DNA of 64,000 nucleotides from Alphaproteobacteria bacterium (GTDB lineage Bacteria; Pseudomonadota; Alphaproteobacteria; JAAXGF01): NCBI GenBank assembly GCA_963555825.3, contig CAUVXB020000002.1, positions 480,001 to 544,000 of the forward strand, read 5' to 3'. Shown piece by piece: positions 54,748 to 64,000 of this stretch (position 1 is its first letter; each line of letters starts with the position of its first letter). The notes under the pieces were generated by a model. It saw only the letters and a program-made list of their open reading frames with translations, ran no database searches and was not told where the DNA came from. The position numbers and the translations under genes were made by a program.

Positions 54748-54884
54748 AGAAATTTCAATCCTTTATCGATTATGCCTTGTCTTCGGCAATAGTCCCGGAG
54801 ATAATTTAAATTGCGTGAAAGCGTCGGGGCAATGAATTTCCCGGTAGTATTGACAGTAAACTTTCGGGTTTGTTGTTTTTACCG

Positions 54885-55420
54885 CCAAGATGTTCAGAGT
54901 TCCGAGACAGACAAGCTCGTTCGCGAGCCTGCCTGTCGGGGGGCGGTCAGGTATTTCGCAAGAAATTCTCGATCGCCGGGCGGTTGATCCGCCTCCGCCC
55001 CGCACCGGGCTGTTCGCCCAACGCCAAGCGGCCTCCGGGTCGCCGACGCGGGCAGGCGAACGGGGATTGCCAAACGCCAAACGGTCTTCGGACCGTCGAC
55101 GCGCCCGGCAGTCGGGTGCCGACCCCTCGGGGACGGTTCCACCCACCGCCACGGAAGGTGCATCCTCGGATGCACCAACCGCTGGCCGGTAGGTCCGGCT
55201 AAGGATGGAATTGGATATCTCGCCTAAGGGCAGCGCGCCTCGCAAGGGGCAGCCGCCTTCATCGCCGACGATGGCTCTTCCCGGGGCACTCGTCCGGCAA
55301 TGAAAACGGCCAGCCGCCTGCCGGCTTTCGCCAACAGGAGTCTGACCGGCTCCAGAGACGCCAGGAGTGTCCCGCCCGGACACGTAGCGTTGGCCTAACG
55401 GCCTCGCTCCTGGCGTCTCG
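54885..55420 (+). ncRNA. Candidate large structured non-coding RNA, family not recognised
   Basis: Multiple UUCG/GCAA-capped hairpins, long-range closing stem, 13-bp terminal stem, upstream TTGACA. Confidence 0.7.
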
Positions 55421-55494
55421 ATTATTTATCAGGTCTCTCGCTCGAAAACAACAACATATTGTGGTCGGCCCCGAAAAAGCTACAAGGGGTCAAC

Positions 55495-55660
55495 ACGGCG
55501 ATCCTGATCGATCGAAATTTTCCGGCCCACGCCAGTCTTATCCCAACAAGAGGGGAGCCGCCGACCGTTCGGCCACGCTTGATCCCATAAGACTGGCATG
55601 CGCGGCGATTGAGCGCAGGTCGCCGTAGGTGACCGCACAAAATAACAACCGCACAATGAA
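55495..55660 (+). repeat. Intergenic structured repeat copy
   Basis: Conserved core; ACCGCACAA x2. Confidence 0.85.
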
Positions 55661-55675
55661 CGGCCAGACGAGCCC

Positions 55676-56428
55676 CTACCACTGTGACGTCGGCATGACG
55701 ACCAGCTCAGAAATCACGACGTGGGCCGGCTGCTCGAGGGCGAAGACGACGCAGCGCGCGATGTCTTCGGCGTCGAGCAGCGTCTCGTAGCCGTCGTAGA
55801 AGGCGCTGGCCTTCGCCTTGTCGCCCTGCCAGCGGGTCTCGCCGAACTCGGTCCGCGCGGTGCCCGGCAGGATTTCGGTGACGCGGATGCCGGTGCCGAC
55901 GTAATCGGCGCGCAGCGAGGCGGTGAAGCCGTGCACCGCGAACTTGCTGGCGGCATAGATCGTGCCGCCGGCGTAAGCCTTGAAACCCGAGATCGAACCC
56001 AGATTGACGATGTGGCCGCGGTCGCGTTCGACCATGCCGGGCGCCACCGCACCGGTCACGCGCATCAGGCCGGTGACGTTGGTCTCGACGATGCTCGCCC
56101 ACTGCGCCATGTCGCCCTCGTCGAAACGTCGGCGGCCGCCGATGTCGTGGCCCGCGTTGTTGACCAGGATGTCGATCGCGCGCAATTCCTCGGGCAAGCG
56201 CTCGATCAGGTTCCCGGTTGCCGCGGCGTCGGTGACGTCGAGCGTCAGCGGATGGCAGTTCGGCCCGAGCCGCTCGCCCAGCGCGCGCAGCCGATCGAGC
56301 CGGCGCGCCGCCGCGATCACGCGGCACCCCTTGGCGACCAGCGCCTCGGTGATGGCGACGCCGAAGCCCGCGCTGGCGCCGGTGACCAGCGCGACCGCGC
56401 CGGACGCCAGGATCGGCTCGCCGGCCAT
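55676..56428 (-). CDS. Short-chain dehydrogenase, YdfG-like
   Basis: TGASAGFG, LVNNAG, YAASK, VTEI.PG. Confidence 0.9.
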   Translation of the reverse strand: MAGEPILASGAVALVTGASAGFGVAITEALVAKGCRVIAAARRLDRLRALGERLGPNCHPLTLDVTDAAATGNLIERLPEELRAIDILVNNAGHDIGGRRRFDEGDMAQWASIVETNVTGLMRVTGAVAPGMVERDRGHIVNLGSISGFKAYAGGTIYAASKFAVHGFTASLRADYVGTGIRVTEILPGTARTEFGETRWQGDKAKASAFYDGYETLLDAEDIARCVVFALEQPAHVVISELVVMPTSQW

Positions 56429-56435
56429 GCGCCGC

Positions 56436-56825
56436 TCAGTCCTCGCCGGGCAGCCGCTCGCCGGCGGCGAAGATGAGCTCAATCTTGACGCCGTCGGGGT
56501 CGTGCACGAAGACCTGGCGCAGGCCGAAACCCGGCACGGTGCGCAGCTCGTAATCGACGCCGTGGCCGTCGAGCCTGGCGACGGTGCCGGCGAGGTCGCT
56601 GGCACGGAACGCGAAATGATCGAACGGCCCGGTCGAGCCGCCCGCATCGCCGGCTGCGCGGCCGACCAGATGCACGATCGGCCTGTCGCCCTGGTAAAGC
56701 CAGGCGCCCGGCACGTCGAACGGCGGCCGTTCGCCGTCGACGAGACCCAGCACCTCGGCATAGAAGCGCCGCGACGCCGCCAGGTCGGCGGTCACGATCG
56801 TCATATGGTCCAGTCCATCGATCAT
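56436..56825 (-). CDS. VOC/glyoxalase family protein
   Basis: LDH.TI...DL..S..FY..VLGL, DHFAF, DPDG..IEL. Confidence 0.9.
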   Translation of the reverse strand: MIDGLDHMTIVTADLAASRRFYAEVLGLVDGERPPFDVPGAWLYQGDRPIVHLVGRAAGDAGGSTGPFDHFAFRASDLAGTVARLDGHGVDYELRTVPGFGLRQVFVHDPDGVKIELIFAAGERLPGED

Positions 56826-56851
56826 CTTTCCTTGCCCTTTCGCCCGGCTTT

Positions 56852-57457
56852 CTAGTCGACGATCTCGAAATGCGCGTCGGTCGGCGTCGCGTCGACGCCG
56901 TTGATCGGCAGCATGTCCTGCGGGCAGGCCGAGAACGCGACGATGCAGTCCATCTCGGCGCGCAGCATGACGTAATCGCCGGGCTTGTTCTCGGGCGGCA
57001 GGAAATCGAGCCGGCGGCCCTCGAGCACCGGGATGTTCATGAACAGGTTCAGGGGACTCGGCACCTCGGGCGGCGTCAGACCGAGCTCGGCCATCGAGGC
57101 ATGCAGGTTGTCGGTGCAGTTGTCGTGGTATTCGGTACAGCCGAGCATGCGGTAGCGGTGCACGTCGCACGCCGCCATCAAGGTGTCGTGGATGCCCGAC
57201 GAGGTGTCCTCGGTGAGCGTCAGGATCGCCCGGCGCTGGTTGGTGACCAGCGCGTCACCGACCTCGGGGACGATCGCGACGAGCGCCACCCGCGTGTGTT
57301 CCATCGACATGAACTCGCCGAGGTCGTCGGCGTTGAACGCCCAGGCATCGACGACCTGCTCGCCGAGCGTGTTGATGACCTTGACGCTCTGGCCCTTGGC
57401 GAGGTGCGCCGCTTTGCCCTTGCGCGCTGGGATGGTGATGGTTTCGCCCGCTGCCAT
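56852..57457 (-). CDS. DUF1989 (urea carboxylase-associated) protein
   Basis: HDTLMAACD, NC.DNL, PLNLFMNIP, FSACPQD. Confidence 0.88.
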   Translation of the reverse strand: MAAGETITIPARKGKAAHLAKGQSVKVINTLGEQVVDAWAFNADDLGEFMSMEHTRVALVAIVPEVGDALVTNQRRAILTLTEDTSSGIHDTLMAACDVHRYRMLGCTEYHDNCTDNLHASMAELGLTPPEVPSPLNLFMNIPVLEGRRLDFLPPENKPGDYVMLRAEMDCIVAFSACPQDMLPINGVDATPTDAHFEIVD

Positions 57458-57752
57458 GGCTCGACTCCCCAGGTTGTCCGCGTATACCCCGATTATGACC
57501 CGCGATTGGCCGTCACGCTAGACGGTCGTTGGGTAAACCACCCACAGATCGAAACGGCGGAAATTGTTTATGGCTTCAATTGGAAAACGGACCCGAACTT
57601 TTCTATCTTAAAGCTGTGACGGCTTTACCCCGAATCTCCGCCAGCACCGATATAGCATCCGAAAGCAACCGTCGAGGCCAGCCGTGGCTGCACAATGTCG
57701 TCATCTTTAAACTAGGATCAACGTCAAAGTAACGATCGACTGTAGGTCCAGT

Positions 57753-59172
57753 TGTATCGCACCCGGTTCCTTGGACACAAGTTTGTCTCATGCGGCGGGC
57801 CTGAGTGACATCGCGGTGTGCCACGCCTGACGAGCTTGAGCGGGGCTCAGGTAGCCGTTCTTCTCCACGATCCACTGGGCATTGTACTGTTCGACGAACC
57901 CGCGGACGGCGTTCCGCAGCTCCGCGATGTTGCGGTAGATGCGGCCATGGATGATCTGTTCCTTGAGCGTGCGATTGAACCTCTCGGCGACGCCGTTGGT
58001 CTGGGGCTGTTCGACGAAGGCGTAGGACGGCTGGATGCCCCAGAACTTGATCTGGTTGGTGAAGTGGTCCGACAGATACTGGGAGCCGTGATCCATCCGC
58101 AAGGCCAGCCCCCGCGCCGCACCGGCGGAGGTCGAGGCATACAGCCTCGCAAGCCCCATGGAGATCGGCTGAAGGGCGGCGAAGCGGTCGCCTCGCTTGC
58201 ACACATGCCAGCCGACGCACTCGGCGTTCCAATGCTCGATGGCGGTGAATATCCAGCCCCAGCCGTCGTCCACCGTGAACACCCGAACGCCGTCCGTGCC
58301 CCACATGAGGTTGGGGGCATGGGTGATGATCTCACCGACATGGGGATTTCCGCCACGGCGGCGGCAGCGATGGGGCGAGAGCAGGTTGTTCTCGCGCATC
58401 ACCCGGAGCCCCCGCTTGCGGGAAACACGGATGCCACGACAGACCCGAAGCCGAGCCCAGACCTTGCGGTGTCCCTCGCCCTCCCAGGGGGATGCCTCCA
58501 GGTCGGCCTCGATGGCCACCAGCAGAGCCTCGTCCGAGATCGAGGGCTTCGGTCCCCGGCGCTTTGCTGGTGGGCGCTCAGCGGTGGCCTGCTGCCGGGA
58601 TTTCATGGCGTAGAACGAGGAACGGGCAAAACCCCAGGCCGCACAGACCCGCTGGAGGCCGTAGGCCAAACCCGTGCCGGGAGAGGTGGCGGCACTCATC
58701 GCCGCGACCTCCGCCGCCCCAAAGGGCCGGACGTCTCCGTCTTGGCCTCCAGCAGTTCCACCTGCATGATCAACTCCCCGATCCGCTTCATGGCGATGTC
58801 CAGTTCCGCCTTCACCGGATCGCCCTTGCGTTCCTTGAGCGAGGCATCGATCCCGGCGATCGCCTTCTCACGCCACTGCTCGAGCCGGAAAATCTCCACG
58901 CCCAACTGCCGCGACAAAAGTTCCACCGGCTCGCCACGCAAAAGCCGCAGGGCAACCTCACGCTTGCGCGTCACCGTCCACCGCTGGCCAAGTCCCAGCG
59001 GGCCTGCCGGCGAAACCTGGCCCGGGGAAAACGTGGACGAGCCAAGCTCGCCCTCGTTTACCACAGGCCCATCAACAGCAACTTTGTTCTCAAAATTGTC
59101 GGTCATGTTCCGGTCCTCCTTGGACACTTCGATTAAGCCAATTCTGTGTCCAAGGAAATCGGGTCCGACTCA
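57753..59172 (-). mobile_element. IS3-like insertion sequence, copy 3, with 14-bp TSD
   Basis: Same ORFs as copies 1 and 2; ACTGTAGGTCCAGT at 57739-57752 and 59173-59186. Confidence 0.93.
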
Positions 59173-59232
59173 ACTGTAGGTCCAGTTACCAACGCCACCC
59201 CGAAATGTACCTCTCGCTTTGACAACGAAGAA

Positions 59233-60569
59233 TGAGGTGGTCCCAGAAAATCGGACAGGGAGCTAAGGTGTATTCCACCGGATAACGGAGGAATACGAGA
59301 TGACGAATCGACGCCGGTTTACGGCGGAATTCAAGGCCCGGGTGGCGCTGGAAGCGCTGCGGGGCGACAAGACGATCCAGCAGATCGCGGCCAAGCACAA
59401 GGTGCATCCGAACCAGGTGAGCGCCTGGAAGCGCCAGGCGGTGGACGGTCTGGGCGAAGTGTTTTCGAACGGCGCCAACCGCGCTTGCCGGGATCATGAA
59501 TCCGAGGTCCGCGACCTTCACGCCAAGATCGGCGAGCTGACGGTGGAACGGGATTTTTTAGCCAGAGGGCTCAAGCGATGAGCCGGGGGGAGCGCAAGGC
59601 GATGATCACACGCGACGCCCCCGAGCTGAGCTTGAGCCGTCAATGCCGCCTGCTTTCGATCGGCCGGTCCTCGTTCTATTATGCGCCCAGGGGGGAGAGC
59701 CCTTCGAGTCTGGCGCTGATGCGTCGGATCGACGAGTTGTTCATGAAGTACCCGTTCTACGGCAGCCGCCAGATGGTCCGCCAGTTGCGGCGGGACGGCG
59801 TTTGCGTCGGCCGTCACCGGGTTCGCAGGTTGATGCGATTGATAGGCCTGGAGGCGATCTATCAGGCGCCGAGAACCAGCGTGCCGCATCCCATGCACCG
59901 GATTTATCCTTATCTTCTCAAAGGGATGGCTATCGACCAGCCCAATCGGGTCTGGTGCGCCGACATCACCTATATCCCCGTCCAGCGTGGCTTTCTGTAC
60001 CTGGTAGCGATCATGGACTGGGCGACGCGCCACGTTTTATCCTGGCGGCTGTCGAACACCATGGACGCTGGATTCTGCGCCGAGGCCTTGGGCGACGCGC
60101 TGGCCCGCTACGGCCAGCCGGAGATATTCAATACGGATCAGGGCAGCCAGTTCACCAGCCTCGACTTCACCGGCGTGCTCAAGAACGCGAGCATCCGCAT
60201 CTCCATGGACGGTCGGGGCCGCTGCATGGACAACATCTTCATCGAGCGCCTGTGGCGGTCTCTCAAGTATGAGGCGGTCTACCTACACGAGCTCACCGAC
60301 GGCTTCCACGCCGAACGGGTCATCGGCGAGTGGATCGGCTTCTACAACACCGAGCGGCCCCATTCGTCCCTCGACGGTCAAACGCCGGCCGAGGCCTACG
60401 GGGCCGGTCAACCTGTGGATATGATGGACAAGGCTCGCGCCTTGCCCACATCCCCACAGGCTCAACAACAGCAACAGGATGTGATAAAAAGGATTTTGGC
60501 AGCATGATCAAACAACGGAATACACCTTAACCGCGCTGCCAAACTGTCCAACAAAGTGGGACCACCTCA
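59233..60569 (+). mobile_element. IS3 family element (orfA 59300-59581, orfB 59578-60507)
   Basis: IRs TGAGGTGGTCCC; 3-bp TSD GAA; WCADITY, TDQGSQF, IERLWRSLKYE. Confidence 0.95.
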
Positions 60570-60668
60570 GAACAACACCCCTTGCCCACCACCGCAAAAA
60601 GGACATATATCCCAAATCCAACGACACCATAGAAGATTACTTCCATCGGATTATCTACATGAAACCTA

Positions 60669-61846
60669 GTGTCCTGATCGATAAATTGATATGATTATGT
60701 CTCTATTTGTTTTTAGGAGGCGCGATTGATGGCGAGAGTGGCGGTGACGATCTCTTTGAGCGATGACGAGCGCGCCGAATTGGAGGCGCTGTCTCGTCGT
60801 CGCAAGACGTCGCAGGGGCTTGCGCGGCGGGCTCGGATCGTCTTGGCGGCGGCGGAAGGGTTGGAGAACAAGGAGATCGCCGTTCGTCTCGAGGCGAGCG
60901 CGGACACCGTGGGCAAGTGGCGTCGCCGCTATGCGGCGGAGGGCCTCGACGGTCTGTACGACGAACCCCGCCCCGGCGCGCCGCGTCAAATCGGCGATGA
61001 CGCCATCGCGGAAGCGGTCCGGCTGACGCTGGAAGAGACGCCGCCGGACGCGACCCATTGGAGCCTTCGCTCGATGGCGCGGGCGAGCGGCCACGCGCCC
61101 TCGACCATTCATCGCATCTGGCGGGCCTTCGGCTTGCAGCCGCATCGCTCGGAGACCTTCAAGCTGTCGAGCGATCCCTTCTTCGTGGAGAAGGTCCGCG
61201 ACATCGTCGGTCTGTATTTGGCGCCGCCGGATCGTGCCCTGGTTCTCTGTGTCGACGAAAAGAGCCAGATCCAGGCCCTGGACCGTTCCCAGCCCCTCTT
61301 GCCGATGCGCCCCGGGCAGGCGGAGCGGCGCAGCCACGACTACAAGCGCCACGGCACGACCTCTCTCTTCGCGGCCCTCGACATCGCCACGGGAGAGATC
61401 ATCGGCAAATGTTTCCCGCGCCATCGGGCCCGAGAGTTCCGCAAATTCCTCGACCTCGTCGAGGCGAACGTCCCTGCTGATCTCGACATCCACATCGTCA
61501 TGGACAACTACGGGACCCACAAGACCAAGGCGATCCGCGACTGGTTCGCCAAACGGCCGCGCTGGCAGGCCCATTTCACACCCACCAGCGCCTCCTGGCT
61601 GAACCAGGTCGAGCGCTGGTTCGGGCTGCTGACCGACAAGCAGATCAGGCGCGGCGTCCATCGCTCCACCAAGGAGTTGGAGCGCACCATCCTCGACTAC
61701 ATCGACCGACAAACCAGAACCCCAAACCCTTCAAATGGACCAAATCCGCCGATGACATCCTCACCGCCATCCAGCGCTTCTGCCTCCGAACAATCGAAAT
61801 CGCTGAACAGCAGGCGAAAATCATGCGAACTTCGGAATCGGGACAC
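60669..61846 (+). mobile_element. IS630 family element, frameshift near 61710
   Basis: TA|GTGTCC...GGACAC|TA; [27 protein letters not shown]; the [14 protein letters not shown] tail is out of frame. Confidence 0.92.
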
Positions 61847-61848
61847 TA

Positions 61849-62365
61849 GTAGTATCTGTGTCACCGTGTACACAGTACCGACCAATCCAGGAATCCCAGT
61901 AGCTGCCGCCACAATCCAAACTTGATGCTGATTCAATCCGTCGAATTTAACTACACTCACAGTTTGAGTGACAGTTCCTACGTTAATTTCACCGCCTGGC
62001 GTCATAAGTCTAACAACGAAGACAATTTGGTGAGTCGCTGATTGATTAAAGGTACAATTCCACGAGTATGATAATTTATTCGAAGGTAATGACTGTTTCT
62101 GCTTTTGATCTCCTGCGATCGTTAATGCAGCCGCTTGAAGTTCAATCTGAAGGAAGCAATTGTCAATGGAACCTGTGAAAGAACAATTGATCAATTCCGC
62201 CCCTTTGTTGTCCAAAATTCGAATCCCGCGAATCTCATTGGATGTCTCGCTTCCTTCGAAAGTTGGCACGAGCTCAACAATTATATTGTGAGAATTTCCG
62301 TGATAGATTCGTGCCGGTAGGCTAACAAATCCTTTATATGTGATGCGAATGTTTTTCATCTTCAT
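61849..62365 (-). CDS. AT-rich hypothetical protein with C-terminal membrane anchor; last codons displaced by IS630
   Basis: Long low-GC ORF; native end (LGFM*) lies near 60655-60666. Confidence 0.6.
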
Positions 62366-62493
62366 AGGAAATCTGTTTGATTCGCATTTGCGTCAGTTGC
62401 AAATTTTTTTCGTAGTTGGGAATCTGGATCTACGGCTTGTGGTCAGCTTCTATTAATTCGTCAGCTTCTATTGATGAATTAAGTGCTTTAAAC

Positions 62494-63235
62494 CTTGCCT
62501 ATCCGGTTATCACCCACACCCACTATATGTAGTGTGTCTCCTTGGACTGCAGGCAAGGGCCGGCGCAGGCGCATTGAGGAGGCGATCCGGCTAATTCTTG
62601 ATTGTTCTGAAAACCGAACCGGAGAATTCACGTCACGTACTTAACATCGGGGGACGGAACGGTGGCGACCAAGGGAAAAACGAAGAAACCCACGGCCAGA
62701 CGGGAAGCTGCTGATGAAACGACATCGTCTGAGCGATTGACGGCACTAGTCGAAGAAAGCGACGCGCTGGCACGAATCGTTGCGAAGAACCCGTCCGCGC
62801 CTGTTAGTCTCCTGCGCGTTTTGAGTCGCAGCGAAGACGAAGCGACACGCAAGAACGTGATCCTCAATCCGTTTACTCCATATGACGTATTGAGCGAACT
62901 TGAAAACCAGTTCACAGAGCTATTTGTGAATAATCCGGCACTCGAATCCTACAATTCAATGAAGCTCTGATTTCCTGGAATATTATATCGGTGTCGTTCA
63001 CCTCCGATTTCAGATAAATTTCAATGAAGTGACGGTCCTTTATGCAACGTGGCGTTTTGCCAAATCCGACTCAATGATTAGGATTTCCACCACGCTAAAG
63101 TGTCGCCTAAAAGCCGCTACAATGCCGTCCGAGTCCCTGCTCGGCATCGCCGGAGATATCTCCGCTTCATAGATGCTCACCTTCAACTTGCACCGAGCTT
63201 TACTCAGGAAAATGGGTCAGCTTCTATAGTGGGTG
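62494..63235 (+). mobile_element. IS1595-derived non-autonomous remnant with a passenger ORF
   Basis: Begins CTTGCCTATCCGGTT...ACCCACACCCACTA (IS1595 left end); SLLGIAGD-like transposase tail near 63135; 19-bp direct repeat flanks. Confidence 0.65.
62662..62970 (+). CDS. Hypothetical protein with leucine-rich-repeat-variant-like motifs
   Basis: VAKNPSAP..LL..L and R.NV..NP.TP..VL repeats. Confidence 0.55.
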   Translation: MATKGKTKKPTARREAADETTSSERLTALVEESDALARIVAKNPSAPVSLLRVLSRSEDEATRKNVILNPFTPYDVLSELENQFTELFVNNPALESYNSMKL

Positions 63236-63568
63236 TGAATTAAGTGCTTTAAACATCTTAACGACAGTAATTGGGAAATTCCCGACGAGTACTAAGGCCA
63301 ACGCCAGAATAACCAAATAAACAAAAATCGACATTCTATTGCCATAAACAACCTCATATCGCGTGAAGATCGTAGTTCTTTGATTTACGGTCTCAATTAC
63401 GCGTTTTATCCAATCAAGTACGATGGAATCCCGATGCAGTGGCGTAGCCGATTCTAAGAGCCGGCTTATTTCGAAATCGACTTTCTTAACGTGCGTCCTC
63501 GTGAGCCGCAAAAGTGAAATCGCCGTGGCGAGACAAATAATGCTTGCAAATGAGAGAAAAATTGACAT
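63224..63568 (-). CDS. AT-rich membrane protein; C-terminus altered by insertion
   Basis: GGGAG RBS, two hydrophobic segments; native tail at 62430-62474. Confidence 0.6.
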   Translation of the reverse strand: MSIFLSFASIICLATAISLLRLTRTHVKKVDFEISRLLESATPLHRDSIVLDWIKRVIETVNQRTTIFTRYEVVYGNRMSIFVYLVILALALVLVGNFPITVVKMFKALNSHPL

Positions 63569-63640
63569 GGCGTCTCCCGTAAACAGTGCGCTCCCAGTGA
63601 AATGGACCCTAGCACAACGCGTAAAGGGCGAGCGGGTATA

Positions 63641-64000
63641 ATACCAGTGAGCCTATGAAATCACCTTCATGATCCATGGATAGGCGCAGAGGGTTCGCAT
63701 ACGATCCGGTTCTGCGATGAGGTCGATCCATGCTTGGCAACAGGCGTCGATGATGGCCTCGGTGTCGTCGAGGACGCGGAGCGATAGGAAGCGTTCGCGT
63801 AGGTAGAGCCAAACCCGCTCGACGGGGTTGAGTTCGGGACTGTAAGGCGGCAACAGCGCCAAGGTGACGTTGTCGGGGACGGTGAGGGCGCGCTCGTCGT
63901 GCCAACCGGCGCCGTCGCACATCATGACGGCGTGCGCATCCTGGTCCAGGGTATCGGCGAAGTGTGCGAGAAACAGGTCCATGACCTTGGCGTTGACGCT
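63641..64000 (-). mobile_element. IS630 element, second copy of 45635-46811 (cut by window edge)
   Basis: Same end sequence and same C-terminal translation. Confidence 0.92.

Larger units (their letters stand above)
57603..60646 (-). pseudogene. ~89-aa membrane protein split by two IS
   Basis: MEVIFYGVVGFG...VTGPTVDRYF...TALR* reads through after removing both IS and one copy of each TSD. Confidence 0.6.

Noticed and set aside
54763-55383. 206-aa minus-strand ORF and short plus-strand ORFs over the ncRNA candidate
   Set aside because: No recognisable motifs or convincing RBS; tetraloop polarity favours a + strand RNA.
54885-55420. RNase P RNA, tmRNA or group II intron
   Set aside because: I could not find GAGGAAAGTCC, tRNA-like ends, or a domain V helix and RT ORF; an Rfam search is still needed.
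42095-64000. Prophage or anti-phage defence system in the accessory blocks
   Set aside because: No phage structural, integrase, nuclease, RT or toxin motifs recognised.

Overview
High-GC chromosomal segment. The gene set, a SuhB/MmgR-like sRNA and the repeat types suggest an alphaproteobacterium (inference). The backbone carries transport and metabolic genes: an iron-binding protein, a TauD dioxygenase, SRAP/YedK, a CocE hydrolase, an MFS transporter, a polyamine-binding protein, an sga-mtkAB module with a divergent LysR gene, tRNA-Val(GAC), tartrate dehydrogenase, a Liv-type ABC system and a Rieske oxygenase. Lower-GC accessory patches (about 2.4-4.1, 14.4-19.0, 42.1-50.3 and 57.6-64 kb) interrupt it. 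About 15 IS copies or remnants (IS3-like, IS21, IS110/IS1111, IS630, IS1595) are present, several of them nested. The most notable signals are: (1) an unexplained, highly structured ~530-nt intergenic RNA candidate at 54885-55420, downstream of DnaA-box-like motifs; (2) three IS110 elements whose non-coding ends carry guide segments matching their own insertion sites, one aimed at an IS21 transposase gene and two inserted tail-to-tail 6 bp apart; (3) a ~170-bp structured repeat family, about 9 copies, co-oriented downstream of stop codons; (4) an IS3-like element with a 14-bp target duplication; (5) a 22-bp inverted motif bracketing accessory islands. All calls come from manual reading; no searches or folding programs were run.
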